Assembly (NCBI GenBank): GCA_000004695.1
Contig: CM000154.2
Coordinates: forward strand, 2,816,001-2,880,000
Source: Dictyostelium discoideum
Lineage: Eukaryota
Length of the DNA: 64,000 nt
Reading direction: 5' to 3'
Within the stretch, counting starts at the first letter, position 1. Every line of letters begins with the position of its first letter. The translations under genes were made by a program, and so were the position numbers. The notes below the pieces were generated by a model. That model searched no databases and had not been told where the DNA came from. It was given only the letters and a program-made list of their open reading frames with translations. Positions 1 through 11,092 of this stretch are shown piece after piece.

Positions 1-75
1 TGATGATGATGGTAACTCTTCATTTTTTATTGAATTTTCTGTAGTTGTAATATTGTTTTTATCTGTTTCTTCCAT
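1..75 (-). CDS. 5' end of an unidentified gene that runs off the left edge (MEETDKNNITTTENSIKNEELPSSS...)
   Basis: Minus-strand ATG at 75..73, then an open frame to position 1. No homology recognised. Only 25 codons are visible. Confidence 0.3.
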   Translation of the reverse strand, partial: MEETDKNNITTTENSIKNEELPSSS

Positions 76-487
76 ATCTATTAGTGTTGAGATAAAATTA
101 AATAAAAAAAAATTAAAAACCCATTAATTAAAAAATTAAAAAATTAGGAAAAAAAAAAAAAAAAAAATTTAAAAAAAAAAATTCAAAGAAAATATTTTTT
201 TTATTTTTAGATATTTAAAATTAATAAAATTTTTTTTTTTTTTTTTTAATTCCCAAATTTGTTGTATGGGTTTTAAAAAATAAAATTAAGAAACCTGAAA
301 AAAAAAAAAATGAAAACTGTCAAAAAAAAAAATATATTAAATAAGATATTTAGTTATCAAGTGTTTTAATTGATTAAAAAATTGGGAAAAAAAAAATTTT
401 AAAAAAATATCTTTTTTTTTTTTTAATTTTTTAATTTTTTTTTTTTTTTTTTTATTTTTTTTTTTATGTTTAAAAACTGAAAATAAG

Positions 488-1662
488 ATGGAACCCATGG
501 CAACAGTAACACTTAAAGATATTAAAGAAGCACATAAAAGAATTGAAAAATATATACATAAAACACCTGTACTCACAAACTCTACAATCAATGAGTTAGC
601 AGGTAAAGAGTTATATTTTAAATGTGAAAATTTACAAAAAACAGTAAGTGGTAATAAAAAAATAAAAAAAAAATAAAATAAAAAAACATTTGGTGTTAAA
701 TCTATTTTTTTTTTTTTTTTTTTTTTAGGGAAGTTTTAAAATGCGTGGTGCATGTAATGCAATTTTTTCATTAGATGAAGAAGAGTTAAGTAAAGGTGTT
801 GTAACTCATAGTAGTGGTAATCATGGTCAAGCATTATCATATGCATCAAAAGTTAGATGTGTAAAATGTTATGTAGTTGTACCAGAGGATGCACCATCAG
901 TTAAATTGAATGCTATTTGTGGATATGGAGCAACTGTTACAAAATGTAAAGCAACATTGGAAGCAAGAGAATCAAATACTAAACAATTAATTGAACAACA
1001 TTCTTGTAAGTTAATTCATCCATTCGATAATTTACAAGTTATCGCAGGTCAAGGTACAGCATCATTAGAATTAATGGAACAAGTTGAGAATTTAGATGCA
1101 ATCATTACGCCAGTTGGTGGTGGTGGTTTGTTATCTGGTACTTGTATCACTGCAAAATCATTAAATCCAAATATTAAAGTATTTGCTGCTGAACCATTAG
1201 GTGCTGATGATACTTATCGTTCACTGTTATCTGGTGAAATTCAAAAACATACCCCTGGTAAACCAAATACAATCGCCGATGGTTTATTAACCACTGTTGG
1301 TTCTCTCACTTTTCCAATCATTAAAGAAAATTGTGATGGTGTCATTCTTGTAACTGAAGATGAAATTAAATATGCAATGAAAGTATGTTTTTTTTTTTTT
1401 TTTTTTTTTTTTTTTAGTTGCAAAATAATAATAATAATAATAACTATTATTTCAATTTTAAACTAATTTTTTTTTATTTTAATTTTTAAAAATATAGTTG
1501 GTTTGGGAAAGAATGAAAATAATTATTGAACCTTCATCTGCAACAACATTGGCTGCAATTTTAAAACAAGAGTTTAAAGATAAAAAAGATATTAAAAAAG
1601 TAGGTATTATAATTTCTGGAGGTAATGTAGATTTAAGTTCAATTTCAAAGATTTTAAATTAA
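488..1662 (+). CDS. srr: Serine racemase / PLP-dependent serine dehydratase-like enzyme, 3 exons, 324 aa
   Basis: join(488..643, 729..1382, 1498..1662). Donors are GTAAGT (644) and GTATGT (1383); acceptors are (T)nAG. Exon 2 opens with the PLP-lysine motif GSFKMRGA and contains the glycine loop PVGGGGLLSG. The C-terminus ...IISGGNVDLSSISKILN* is typical of the Srr/threonine-dehydratase fold-type II family. The ORF track shows only exons 1 and 2 separately. Confidence 0.85.
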
Positions 1663-1849
1663 ATAAAACTGGATTTAAAAATTGTTTAAATAAAAAAAAA
1701 AAAAAAATTTTTGGACATTTACCAGAATGTAAACCCACAATTGTTCTCTTTTTTTTCGGTTTTTTTCACATTTTTTCGAATTAAAAAAAAAAAAAAAAAA
1801 AAAAAAAGTTTTTATAATTTAAATTAAATCAAAATTGGATTTTTACAAA

Positions 1850-1888
<39 letters not shown>

Positions 1889-2341
1889 TTTATTTTTATT
1901 TTTATTTTGATTCTGTTCATTTTGATTTTTTTGCAATTTTAAAGATTGTGAATGTGCCCTGAATAAAACAAAAAAAAAGAAAAAAAATAAAAAATAAAAA
2001 ATAAAAATAAATAAAAAATATTCACAATATTCACAAATAAAAGCAATATCTATAAAAAATTTTTTTTTTTTTTTCCCCACATTCAAAACCAACACACCCC
2101 ACACATTTACAACTTCTATTTCCTTTATTATAATTTTAATTTATTTGATTTTTATTAATATTTAAGATAATAGTTTTTTTATTTTTTTTTTTTTTATAAA
2201 TAAAAAAAAAAAGTATTTTTCTTTTTTTTCATTAATAAAAATAATAATTCATAAAACTTTTTTTTTTTTATTTTTTTTTTTTTATTAATAATAAAATTTA
2301 ATGTATATATAATAATAAATTAAACACATAAATATATTATA

Positions 2342-3113
2342 ATGAATTTAAATAACTTCTCTTTAATAAGAGATTTAGCAAAAAACAAACATATATTCAA
2401 ATTTAAAACTGACAATATCAATAAAAATATTTTACCATTTAGTACAAAATATGAACCGAAATCTAAATTTAAAAACAATGAAAGTATTATCAAAGTTTTA
2501 AATAATAACAATAGCAATAGCAATAGCAATAGCAATAGCAATAGCAATATAATCAGAAACAATGAAAAAATTAAAAAACAAATTATATCGAATAAAATAA
2601 CATCATCATCGTCATCACCATTAAATAAGATTCAACCAATATTTTCAACATCTTTAATATCAAATAATATTAATAAATTTAATAGTTTAATTAATAATAC
2701 AAATATTCAATCTCAAAGATTTTATTGTGGTATTTGGGGTGGTGGTAAAAATAATAAAAACAATCAAAATAAAAATAATAATGATAGTAATGAAAATAAA
2801 AATGATAGTAATAATAATAATAGTAGTAGTAGTGGTAGTAATGGTAACAAAGAAGAAAAAAACAATGAAAATAAACAAACTAAATATTCATATAAAGAAG
2901 GTATATTTGCATTTATTCAAAAGTTGGTTGAAAAAGTAAAATACTTTTTAACAAGAAATAAACCTTTAACTTCTGATCAAAGAATTGCAATTATTAGTTG
3001 GGCTGCATTTGGTACTGGTACTTTAATATTAATTGGTACAACTTCTTTAGTTTCATTTATTTTATTCTTTGCAAATACATTTGAATTTTCTGGTAAGTTA
3101 AAACACTATTCAA

Positions 3114-3155
<42 letters not shown>

Positions 3156-4767
3156 CAAAAAAATTATTTCTAATAAAATAATTTAAATTATATATTTATA
3201 TATATAGAATTTTTAGCAAATAAAGTTGGTAAATATTTAACAAATAATACAGGTATTACAATTACATTTGAATCGGCAAGAGGTGATATGAAAACAGGAT
3301 ATATTAGATTAGAGAATGTGAATATATCACGTACACCAAGATCAGATGATAGAGTATCATCAATTCAATTATCAATTAGACAAATTGATATTAAATTAAA
3401 TTTCCTATGGTTTTTAGAAGGTAAAGGATTGATACAAGAATGTTTAGTCAATGGTGTTAGAGGATTAATTGATAGAAGAACCGAAGGTATCAATTGGAAT
3501 AAAAATATGGTTTATCCAAGAAGAAAGAAAATGTCTGGTGATTTTGAATTTGAAAAATTGGAAGTACGTGATCTATTCGTTACAATGTATTTACCTGATA
3601 AAAGTTATAGACCATTACCAATTTCAATCTATCATTTAGAAAGTGATAGATTTAGAAAACAATGGATGCTATTAGACTTAATCTCTTGTAAAAGTATTGT
3701 TGGTAAATTTGATAATTCTTTATTCACTCTCACAATTCCACAACATCATCGTCAATTCAATATAGAACAAGAAGATCTACTATCAATGAAATTAAAACAA
3801 CTAACTTCAAATAATAATCAAAATTTTAGAAATCATGATAATTATTATAATTATATAACTGAACCATCTGATAATTTATTTTTAACTCAATCAAATTCAC
3901 AAATTGATAATTATAATAGTAATAATAATAATAATAGTAATTTTATTGATAATAATTCAGAAATTAATAATAATAATTTTGGAGAAAAAAGATTATCAAA
4001 AAATAAATTAACAAAAAAGAAAAGAGATGAAAAGATTGAATATAGAGAATTAAAGATTGATGGATTAAATACTGATATACTTAGTAGAAATGCAACAGGA
4101 CCATTGGGTTGGATTAAAGAGGGTACTTTTGATATTGACCTTTTAATTTTATTACCAAATCATATGGATGATAACGAAAAAGAACTTTTATCAACTGAAC
4201 AAGTTGAATATGGTATTATTCCACCTTCATCAGAGAATCCACGTATGAATTTACATTTAGATTTTAAAGTTCAATTGAATCATCTATATAGTGTTGCTCC
4301 ATTATATACACCAGAGATATCCTATATTTCAAATGCATTGGCTCATCCAATAGTTGCTTACATCAATTCTCATTCAAAACATATACCATTATCTTTTAAA
4401 TTTGCAATGAATGTACGTCAATTCAATGGATCTTGGACACCAAGTCAAGCTTGTTTCTGGGAAATGATCTCTGCAAGTGTTTATGCTGAACTCTTAAAAA
4501 AAGTACAAGAAACTAAAAATGTAACAACCCTTAAAAAGGTTGCTTCAGATTTGGTTAATGATTTAGTTCAATGGATTGCTCCTCATTTACAAGCAATTCA
4601 TTATCAACAAAAAGAAAAAGAAGAACAAGAAAAATTATTATTATTACAAAAAGAATTAAAAGAAAAACATAAAAAACGTATTTCTCAAAATAATAACAAT
4701 CATGATGAAACTATTTTATATAATGAAAATGGTGAAATCATTTCAAATGAACAAGAGAATATTGAAG

Positions 4768-4801
<34 letters not shown>

Positions 4802-4952
4802 AAAACTAGAAAATGTAAAAGAAAATCAATCAGATAATGAACAAGATGAAGACAATCAAGAAGAAGAAGAAGAACCAATTAATCAACAACTTGTTTATTA
4901 TCAAGAAATGCAAAAATTATTAGATAATCAACAACAAAAACAATATTATTAA
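2342..4952 (+). CDS. Unidentified membrane protein, ~830 aa (N-terminal basic presequence-like region, poly-N/S tract, one TM helix, large C-terminal domain, acidic tail); very tentatively Mdm31/32-like
   Basis: join(2342..3092, 3208..4952). Intron has GTAAGT at 3093 and acceptor TATATAG at 3207, phase 1. The splice joins ...ANTFEFS|EFLANKVGKYLTNNTGITITFESARGDMKTGYIRLENV, which continues the frame of ORF 3288..4952 upstream of its annotated Met. TM segment is IAIISWAAFGTGTLILIGTTSLVSFILFF. (CAATAG)n encodes an NSNSNS tract. Confidence 0.55.
2509..2550. repeat. (CAATAG)7 coding microsatellite (NSNSNS...)
   Basis: caatagcaatagcaatagcaatagcaatagcaatagcaatat inside exon 1 of gene 2342..4952. Confidence 0.8.
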
Positions 4953-5080
4953 AAAATAAAAATTAATAATTTGTGTATATATAAAATATATTTAATAATA
5001 ATATTTTATTTTATTTTTTTTTGATTACTACACAATAGAATTTTTTGTTTTAAATTTTTTTTATTTTAATTTATTTTAAT

Positions 5081-7256
5081 TTAATTTAATAACCATTTAA
5101 TAGCACTTTCAACTTGTTTATTTAATGTAATTTTAACATTTTTAACTTTTTTTGATGAAGCATATTTTTGTTTTTCATTATGACTTTGAATATCTTTAAT
5201 GATTCTACCAGAGATTTCAAGTGATAAAACTTCTTCACCAAGGAGATTTATATCGTGTGGTGAAAGACCTTCTTTTTCTTTTGAACGGGCGGCTTCAAAA
5301 GTATCAAGTTCAATTTGATGAGATTTAAGGATTTCATTTAATTTTTCTAATTGTTTCTCTCTATCTTTAACATTTGGGCTTTCTTTAAGGTTTTTAATTT
5401 CCAATTGGAGGTATTCTGCATAGTCGTGATTAACAGCAACCAATGAATTATGAGCTACAAAGATTGCAAATTTGGCAAATGCATTTGATAAAACCTCAAA
5501 TTCTTGGGAATATTTCTCTTTGAGTTCTAAATTCTCTTTAACTCTTCTATTGGCGACAGCAGTGAGTTCTTCTTTGGAAAGGATTTTACCTTTGATACCT
5601 TCATCAATGACTTGAATTGCTTCTTTAACATGAACGATATCAGACACTGAATGATCTTTATAAGAACAACCACATTCTTTACAACCACCCAAGATACCAA
5701 ATGTGTGATGCCAGTAGAGACTTGAACTTTTATTGATTTTATTCTTGAAGGAGGCGGAACAATGACGACCAACGAATTCTTTAGCACCTTTTGGAGTATC
5801 CATTTTACTGGTTTTATGACAGCCTAATTTATTACAGAAAACGGCAGGTTCATCCAATTGTTCCCAAACTAATTTATCGAGTTGTGCCATGACATATGGT
5901 TTCAATTTCTCTAAATCATCTTTATGTTTTCTGATATTTTCATTTTGTTGTTCAATATTATATAAAAATCTTTGAATTGAAGTTAAACAGAAATGAATTG
6001 GTGTACCCATCTTTCTGATCATTTCTCTGGTGTTATTAATACATTCAGTATCTTTAACTCTATGTGGTGGAGTACTAAGAATTGTATTCATTAATTTGGT
6101 GGCCTCGGATGATGATCTCTTCCAACTGTGGGAATAAACTTCAATATCTTCTTCTGAAAAGTTTGCACCATTTAATTTTGATGCCAATACATTGAATGCT
6201 TCATTTTCAAAATTGAATACTCTACCGGTGGTTTCCATTTTTACGTCTGTATGATGCACCATTGATTCCAAATGAGTTTGGAGAAGTGTAAGGGCTGGTC
6301 CAGCTCTATACATTGAACTTCTGGTATTGGTGAAGCAAAAGAAGATATTATTCTTTGCAGAATAATGTAAATGATGCAACAATTCATTGATACAATATTT
6401 GTACATGGTATTGATTCTATTATCTGTTGATCTTAATAAAATTAAAATACCATGAAGTTCTTCAAATTCTGAGAGTTCTTTAAGAATTACTTCAAAGTTT
6501 AAGTCATCTTGTTTACAACCACGAGTATCGGCAACACCTGGTGTATCTAAAATTGTCATTGTTTTATTGTTTCCCATATCGATGACATATCTCTTTGGCT
6601 TAACGGTAACTGATTCACCATCTTTATGTTCTTGTGAAAGGTATTTTGATTTACCAACAACGAAACTATGTGATACATTATTCGAATCAACAATTTGAAC
6701 TTTATTAGGAATGGTGGCAACATTATCCAAACTGGCAAGATTCATAGCTTGTTCCAATGATTCATATTTCAAATAGTTTACCAATGATGAAATAAATGTA
6801 CTTTTACCAACACCAGTACTACCTAAAACTAAAATATTTGTATTCTTTGGTGTTTCAATTTTTTCAACCTTTGGTTCTAATTGAACTTTTAAATCTTCTT
6901 TAATTTTTGGTTCTTCTTCTTCTCCATTTCCTTTTGTTACTTCCCCATCATGTGGTTCTGCAACACAAGCCTTAATTTCACCTTCTTTATCTTCAACATT
7001 AGCATTTTCAACTTTTTCTGCTAATTGGTTTACTGCATCATCTGGGGTTTCTGAAAAAAAAAAATAAAAAAAAATAAAAAAAAAATGAAAAAATAAAAAA
7101 ATAAAAAAAAAAAAAAAAAAACAGGAAAATAATTAAATTAAAATGGTCATTTTATAAAATAAAATAAAATAAAAAAATAAAAAATAAAAAAGAAATTTAA
7201 AAAAAATAATAATATTAATGATAATAATATTTACCTCCAACAACTGGGATATGCAT
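5081..7256 (-). CDS. AIG1/GIMAP-like P-loop GTPase with a C-terminal coiled-coil and a Cys-rich segment, ~663 aa
   Basis: join(complement 7235..7256, 5081..7050). Exon 1 is 22 nt (ATGCATATCCCAGTTGTTGGAG|GTAAAT); the acceptor is T-run+CAG at 7051-7053. Upstream of the track ORF (a TTG pseudo-start) the frame stays open and contains the P-loop GSTGVGKSTFISSL. G3-like motif is ILDTPGVADTRG. Cys-rich segment is CNKLGCHKT...GGCKECGCSYKDH. The frame was checked by hand for stops across 6785..7050. Confidence 0.6.
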
Positions 7257-7824
7257 ATTTTGTTTGATATATGTAATGAAATAATTAGAAAATAAATTTG
7301 AGTTGTAATGAAAAAAAAAAAAAATGTGAAAAAAAAAAAAATTTAAATCTTGTAAAAAAAAAAAAAAAAAAAAAAAAATCACTTAAAAAATTAAGCCCAC
7401 ATTTTAAAAATTTAAAATTAAGTTAAAGATTTTTTAAAAAATCTTGAAAAAACTCAAAGAAAAAAAAAAAAAATTAAAACCAATCAAAAAAAAAACACTG
7501 TTTTAAGTTAGAGTTTAAAATAAGTTAAAAAAATGGTGATTGTATATTTTTTTTAAAAAAAAAAAAAAAATAAAACAATATCCAAAACCACCAAAGAAAT
7601 TTAAACAATTAAAAAAATAAATATCTAAAAATTTTAAATTAACAAAACATTTCATAAACTAAAATGCTTTTTTTTTTAAAAAAAAAAATAAAAAAAAATA
7701 ATAAAAATCCAAAACAATTAATTTTAAATAAAGAAAAGTTTTAAATTCTTAATCTTTATTTTATTTTATTTCTTATTTATTTTATTTTTTATTTATTTTT
7801 TTTTTTTTTATTAATTTTTTATTT

Positions 7825-10023
7825 TTAATCTTTTTTAATATTTGAAGAAGAAAGATTTGAATAATAACTCATTGATTTATGACCAAAGAAAACTAATGGA
7901 ATCATTAATAAAGCTAAATTTTTGAGGGTAACATCCATTGTGGAGTGTAACCAATAGTTTACAATTAAGAGACCAGTTGCAGAGATACAACCAAGGAAAC
8001 CAATGGTGTAAATGAAACCCATACCAGTTGGGAATCTACCAAGATTGGTACCAACGAATAAGAGACCAATGACAAAGATGGCGATTGGTGATAAGACCAA
8101 GAGAGTGAATAAACTTGAGATAGATTGTGGTGGTCTCTTTTCAGCTACTCTAAAGTTGTGAGAGATTGGGAGTTGTTCTGGATAACGATTGGTTGGAATG
8201 GTTGATTGATTGAATTTCAAATTAATTTCACCGAAATTCCATTGTAATGGAGTGATTGATTGATCACCAATGATTAAATCCAATTGATAATTTCCAGATT
8301 GACAACCTAAAATCTTGCAAGCATCTTTATTGGTGAAGGTGTAAGAGTAGGCATCAGCAGAGTAAGTTGCTGGAACTACGGCTTCTCTAGCTGGTGAATA
8401 GAAACGAATACCAACTTGTTGAGCTTGATATGGTTGAGCTTCAGATGCGATTCTAAAGAAGATACGAGCGATATTATTTGATGGGATTTCAATTAATGGT
8501 AATTTTTGACCAAATTGAACTTCATTGGTAGTCTTTGGAGAACCTAATTGATCGGATTTTGGTGCATATGATAATTTCATATCGTTGACGGTAACGGCAC
8601 CAGTGATTGTAATGATTTGAATGTTGGTGATAGATTTGTAACTATCGGTATCGACTGGTTGAACTTTGAATTCGAAATTGTATGAACCCAATTTAAGGTT
8701 CTCATTGGAGAGATCGGCGACAAAGCTGTTATCAGAGGATTGGAATTTCATTTCCTTACCAGAGAGTATTGGTGTTGAACGTGGATTCTTTGATGAGACA
8801 ACCTTGTTGATCACAATTGATGCTTCGATTGGTTGATCGAAAATATCGGTGACACGAACACGAATATCATTCAAACCGGATGGTGAGTAAATTGATTTAA
8901 CTAAAGCCAAAGAGATTGGTTGAGAGATTGAATTCTTTTGACATCTCTTGAGTGCAACGATTAAATGGTAAGCATCAGAGAGGGATTCAACATTCTTTTG
9001 TCTTAAAAGGTATTCAGAGATTTGATTGATTTGCTTGTTACTAATGACATCGGCCACCTTATCGTTAACGCTTGCCAATGAGAGTAAACCATGTAAGAGT
9101 GAGGAAGTGGTTGAAAGGTCGTTAAAGTATAGACTGTCGGTGGTTTCGTCGGCGGATGCTAAAACAGTGTCAACTTTGTTTACAACTTTTGCTACCAACT
9201 TATCGACTTCATTACTCTTTAAACGATGAGATAAACGAGCCAATGCAAAGTATGCAGCGGCTGTATTTTGAAGGTTACCTTCATCATCGGTACTGACAGA
9301 CTTGAAAGTACCATCTTCGTCCATGAGTGAAACCATTGAATTAACAGCTTGTATCAATAATGGATCAATTATTGAAACGGTTTTTGAATCGATTGCTTTT
9401 GCACTTGAAAGTGTGAAATAAATATTAATAGCTTGTGTCTTTTCCAATAATGAACCATTCTCTAATTTATTTTTTAATAAATCTTGTAATTGTTGTTCAT
9501 TTCCCAATGATGATGATGATTCACCTTGTAAACATTTTAATTCTGAAAGGATAGTAACTCCATTGAAAACTAATTCAATATCTGTAAATTTATTTTGTTT
9601 TAATTGTTCTTTGGTTTGTTTACAAATGTCTTTTGTTGCTTCAATATTTGTTTCACCAATACGTGTTAAAACTCCAACTCCATAAAATGTATCCTTTAAT
9701 GATTCACCATATAATTTGGTATTACCATTGTATTTACTTGAAATGAATTGTTTTATATTATTTATATCATTTTTACTGTATACATTACTAATACCACGTG
9801 TTGTAGTAATTTTACTTTGTACTGATCCTGAAATTACAATTGATATTAAAATGCTTAATACAATTAATATAATTAATTCTATAAAAAAAAAAAAAAAAAA
9901 GAATTAATATTATTAGTATTATTTTTAATTAAAAAAAAAAAAAAAAGATTTAAATTCTAGTTAATATGATATTAATTTTTTAAAAAAAAATTTAAAATAT
10001 ATATTTAAATTGAACTTACTCAT
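7825..10023 (-). CDS. Ribophorin II (oligosaccharyltransferase subunit Swp1/RPN2), 685 aa
   Basis: join(complement 10020..10023, 7825..9878). The first exon is 4 nt, ATGA|GTAAGT, and a 141-nt intron ends in (T)8ATAG. The N-terminus MKLIILIVLSILISIVISGSVQ is a signal peptide. The C-terminus has AEKRPPQSISSLFTLLVLSP..., three TM helices and ...YWLHSTMDVTLKNLALLMIPLVFFG, matching the human RPN2 C-terminus ([20 protein letters not shown]...LKYLAILG). The frame was verified stop-free for 9508..9878. Confidence 0.8.
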
Positions 10024-10802
10024 TTTTTTCTATATTTTTTATATTGTACAATAAATTACAACTATTGGTAATTTTTTTTTTTTTTTTTTTTCAAATTAAA
10101 AAATTTTGATGATCATGCATTCAAAAAAAAAAAAAAAATTGAAAAAAAAAAAAATTAAAAAAAAAAAAATTTAAATTTTGATGGAATTATATAAAACTCA
10201 ACAAAAGGTCAAATCAATTCCTCAAAAAAAAAAAAATAAATAAAAAAAAAAAAAAAAAAATTAAATTAAAATTAAAAGTATTGTTTTTTCCAAAAAAAAA
10301 AATTAATTAATTAATTAAAAAATTTAAATTTGGTTAATAAAATTCATAGTCCTTTTGTTACCCCTTTGAGATTTTTTAAACATTTTTGAAAAAAAAAAAA
10401 ATAAAAAATAAATAAATAAATACTGCTTTAAAAAAATCACTAAAGTGGAATAAAAAAAGAATATATATATATTTTATTCACTGAAAAAAAGAAATTAATA
10501 AAATTCAGCAATCTCCCAATTTTTAATTGGTTCAATTTTTAGTGAAAAAATTTCTTAAAATATTACAAAAACTACTAAATCAAATAAAAAATGAGACAGC
10601 TGAATTTTATTAATTTAAAATTTATAAATTTCTTTTTTTTTTCTAGTGTTTCAATTATATTTTAAACAAAACAATGAAATTCGAAATCAAATAAAAAAAA
10701 AAAATAAAAAAAAATAAAAAATAAAAAATAAAAAATAAAAATAAAAAAAAATAAAAAAAATGAAAAAATGAATTTTTTTTTAAACGATCAAATTTAGGCC
10801 GT

Positions 10803-10803
<1 letters not shown>

Positions 10804-10852
<49 letters not shown>
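10804..10852. repeat. Homopolymer (dT)~49 in the divergent promoter region between the ribophorin II and uS15 genes. One of many; others include (dA)~49 at 30811..30859, (dT)~47 at 14523..14569 and (dT)~38 at 32871..32908
   Basis: Uninterrupted T run. Typical of Dictyostelium intergenic DNA, but among the longest in this window. Confidence 0.8.
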
Positions 10853-10854
<2 letters not shown>

Positions 10855-10904
10855 TTTTTTTAACTCTTTTTCAATTCAATACTTTGCATATATATAAATC
10901 AAAA

Positions 10905-10989
10905 ATGATTAGAATATTTCAAAGATCTTTAATCATTTCTAGAGATCAATTAATAAATAAATGCAATGGTTTAAATTGTAAGTGTTAAG

Positions 10990-11028
<39 letters not shown>

Positions 11029-11060
11029 AACAACTAACCAATTAAATATATATGTATATA

Positions 11061-11092
<32 letters not shown>

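Noticed and set aside
337-676. ORF 337..591(-) ([10 protein letters not shown]) and the apparent single ORF 488..676
   Set aside because: The first is a poly-A tract translation. The second is just srr exon 1 read through its GTAAGT donor into the intron.
1725-1745. aaacccacaattg, resembling the Dictyostelium ncRNA upstream element DUSE ([AT]CCCA[CT]AA)
   Set aside because: No structured or GC-richer candidate RNA lies ~60 nt downstream on either strand. A single 8-mer match is expected by chance in 64 kb.
2687-2939. ORFs 2687..2878(-) and 2727..2939(+), also 2320..2562(-), 1829..2104(-), 12595..12834(+), 13261..13533(+), 14121..14381(+), 17137..17385(+), 17830..18036(+), 19639..19884(-), 22027..22218(+), 22749..22955(-), 24397..24681(+), 31483..31719(+), 31894..32109(+), 32487..32678(+), 41125..41355(-), 41590..41874(-), 43017..43226(+), 45388..45570(+), 49319..49723(+), 52312..52521(-), 46623..46814(-), 56814..57098(+), 59699..59893(-), 5527..5787(-), 6556..6738(-), 9026..9229(+) and 9716..9907(+)
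   Set aside because: Each overlaps, in another frame or on the opposite strand, a well-supported gene or a homopolymer tract. None has conserved motifs or a sensible start or splice context.
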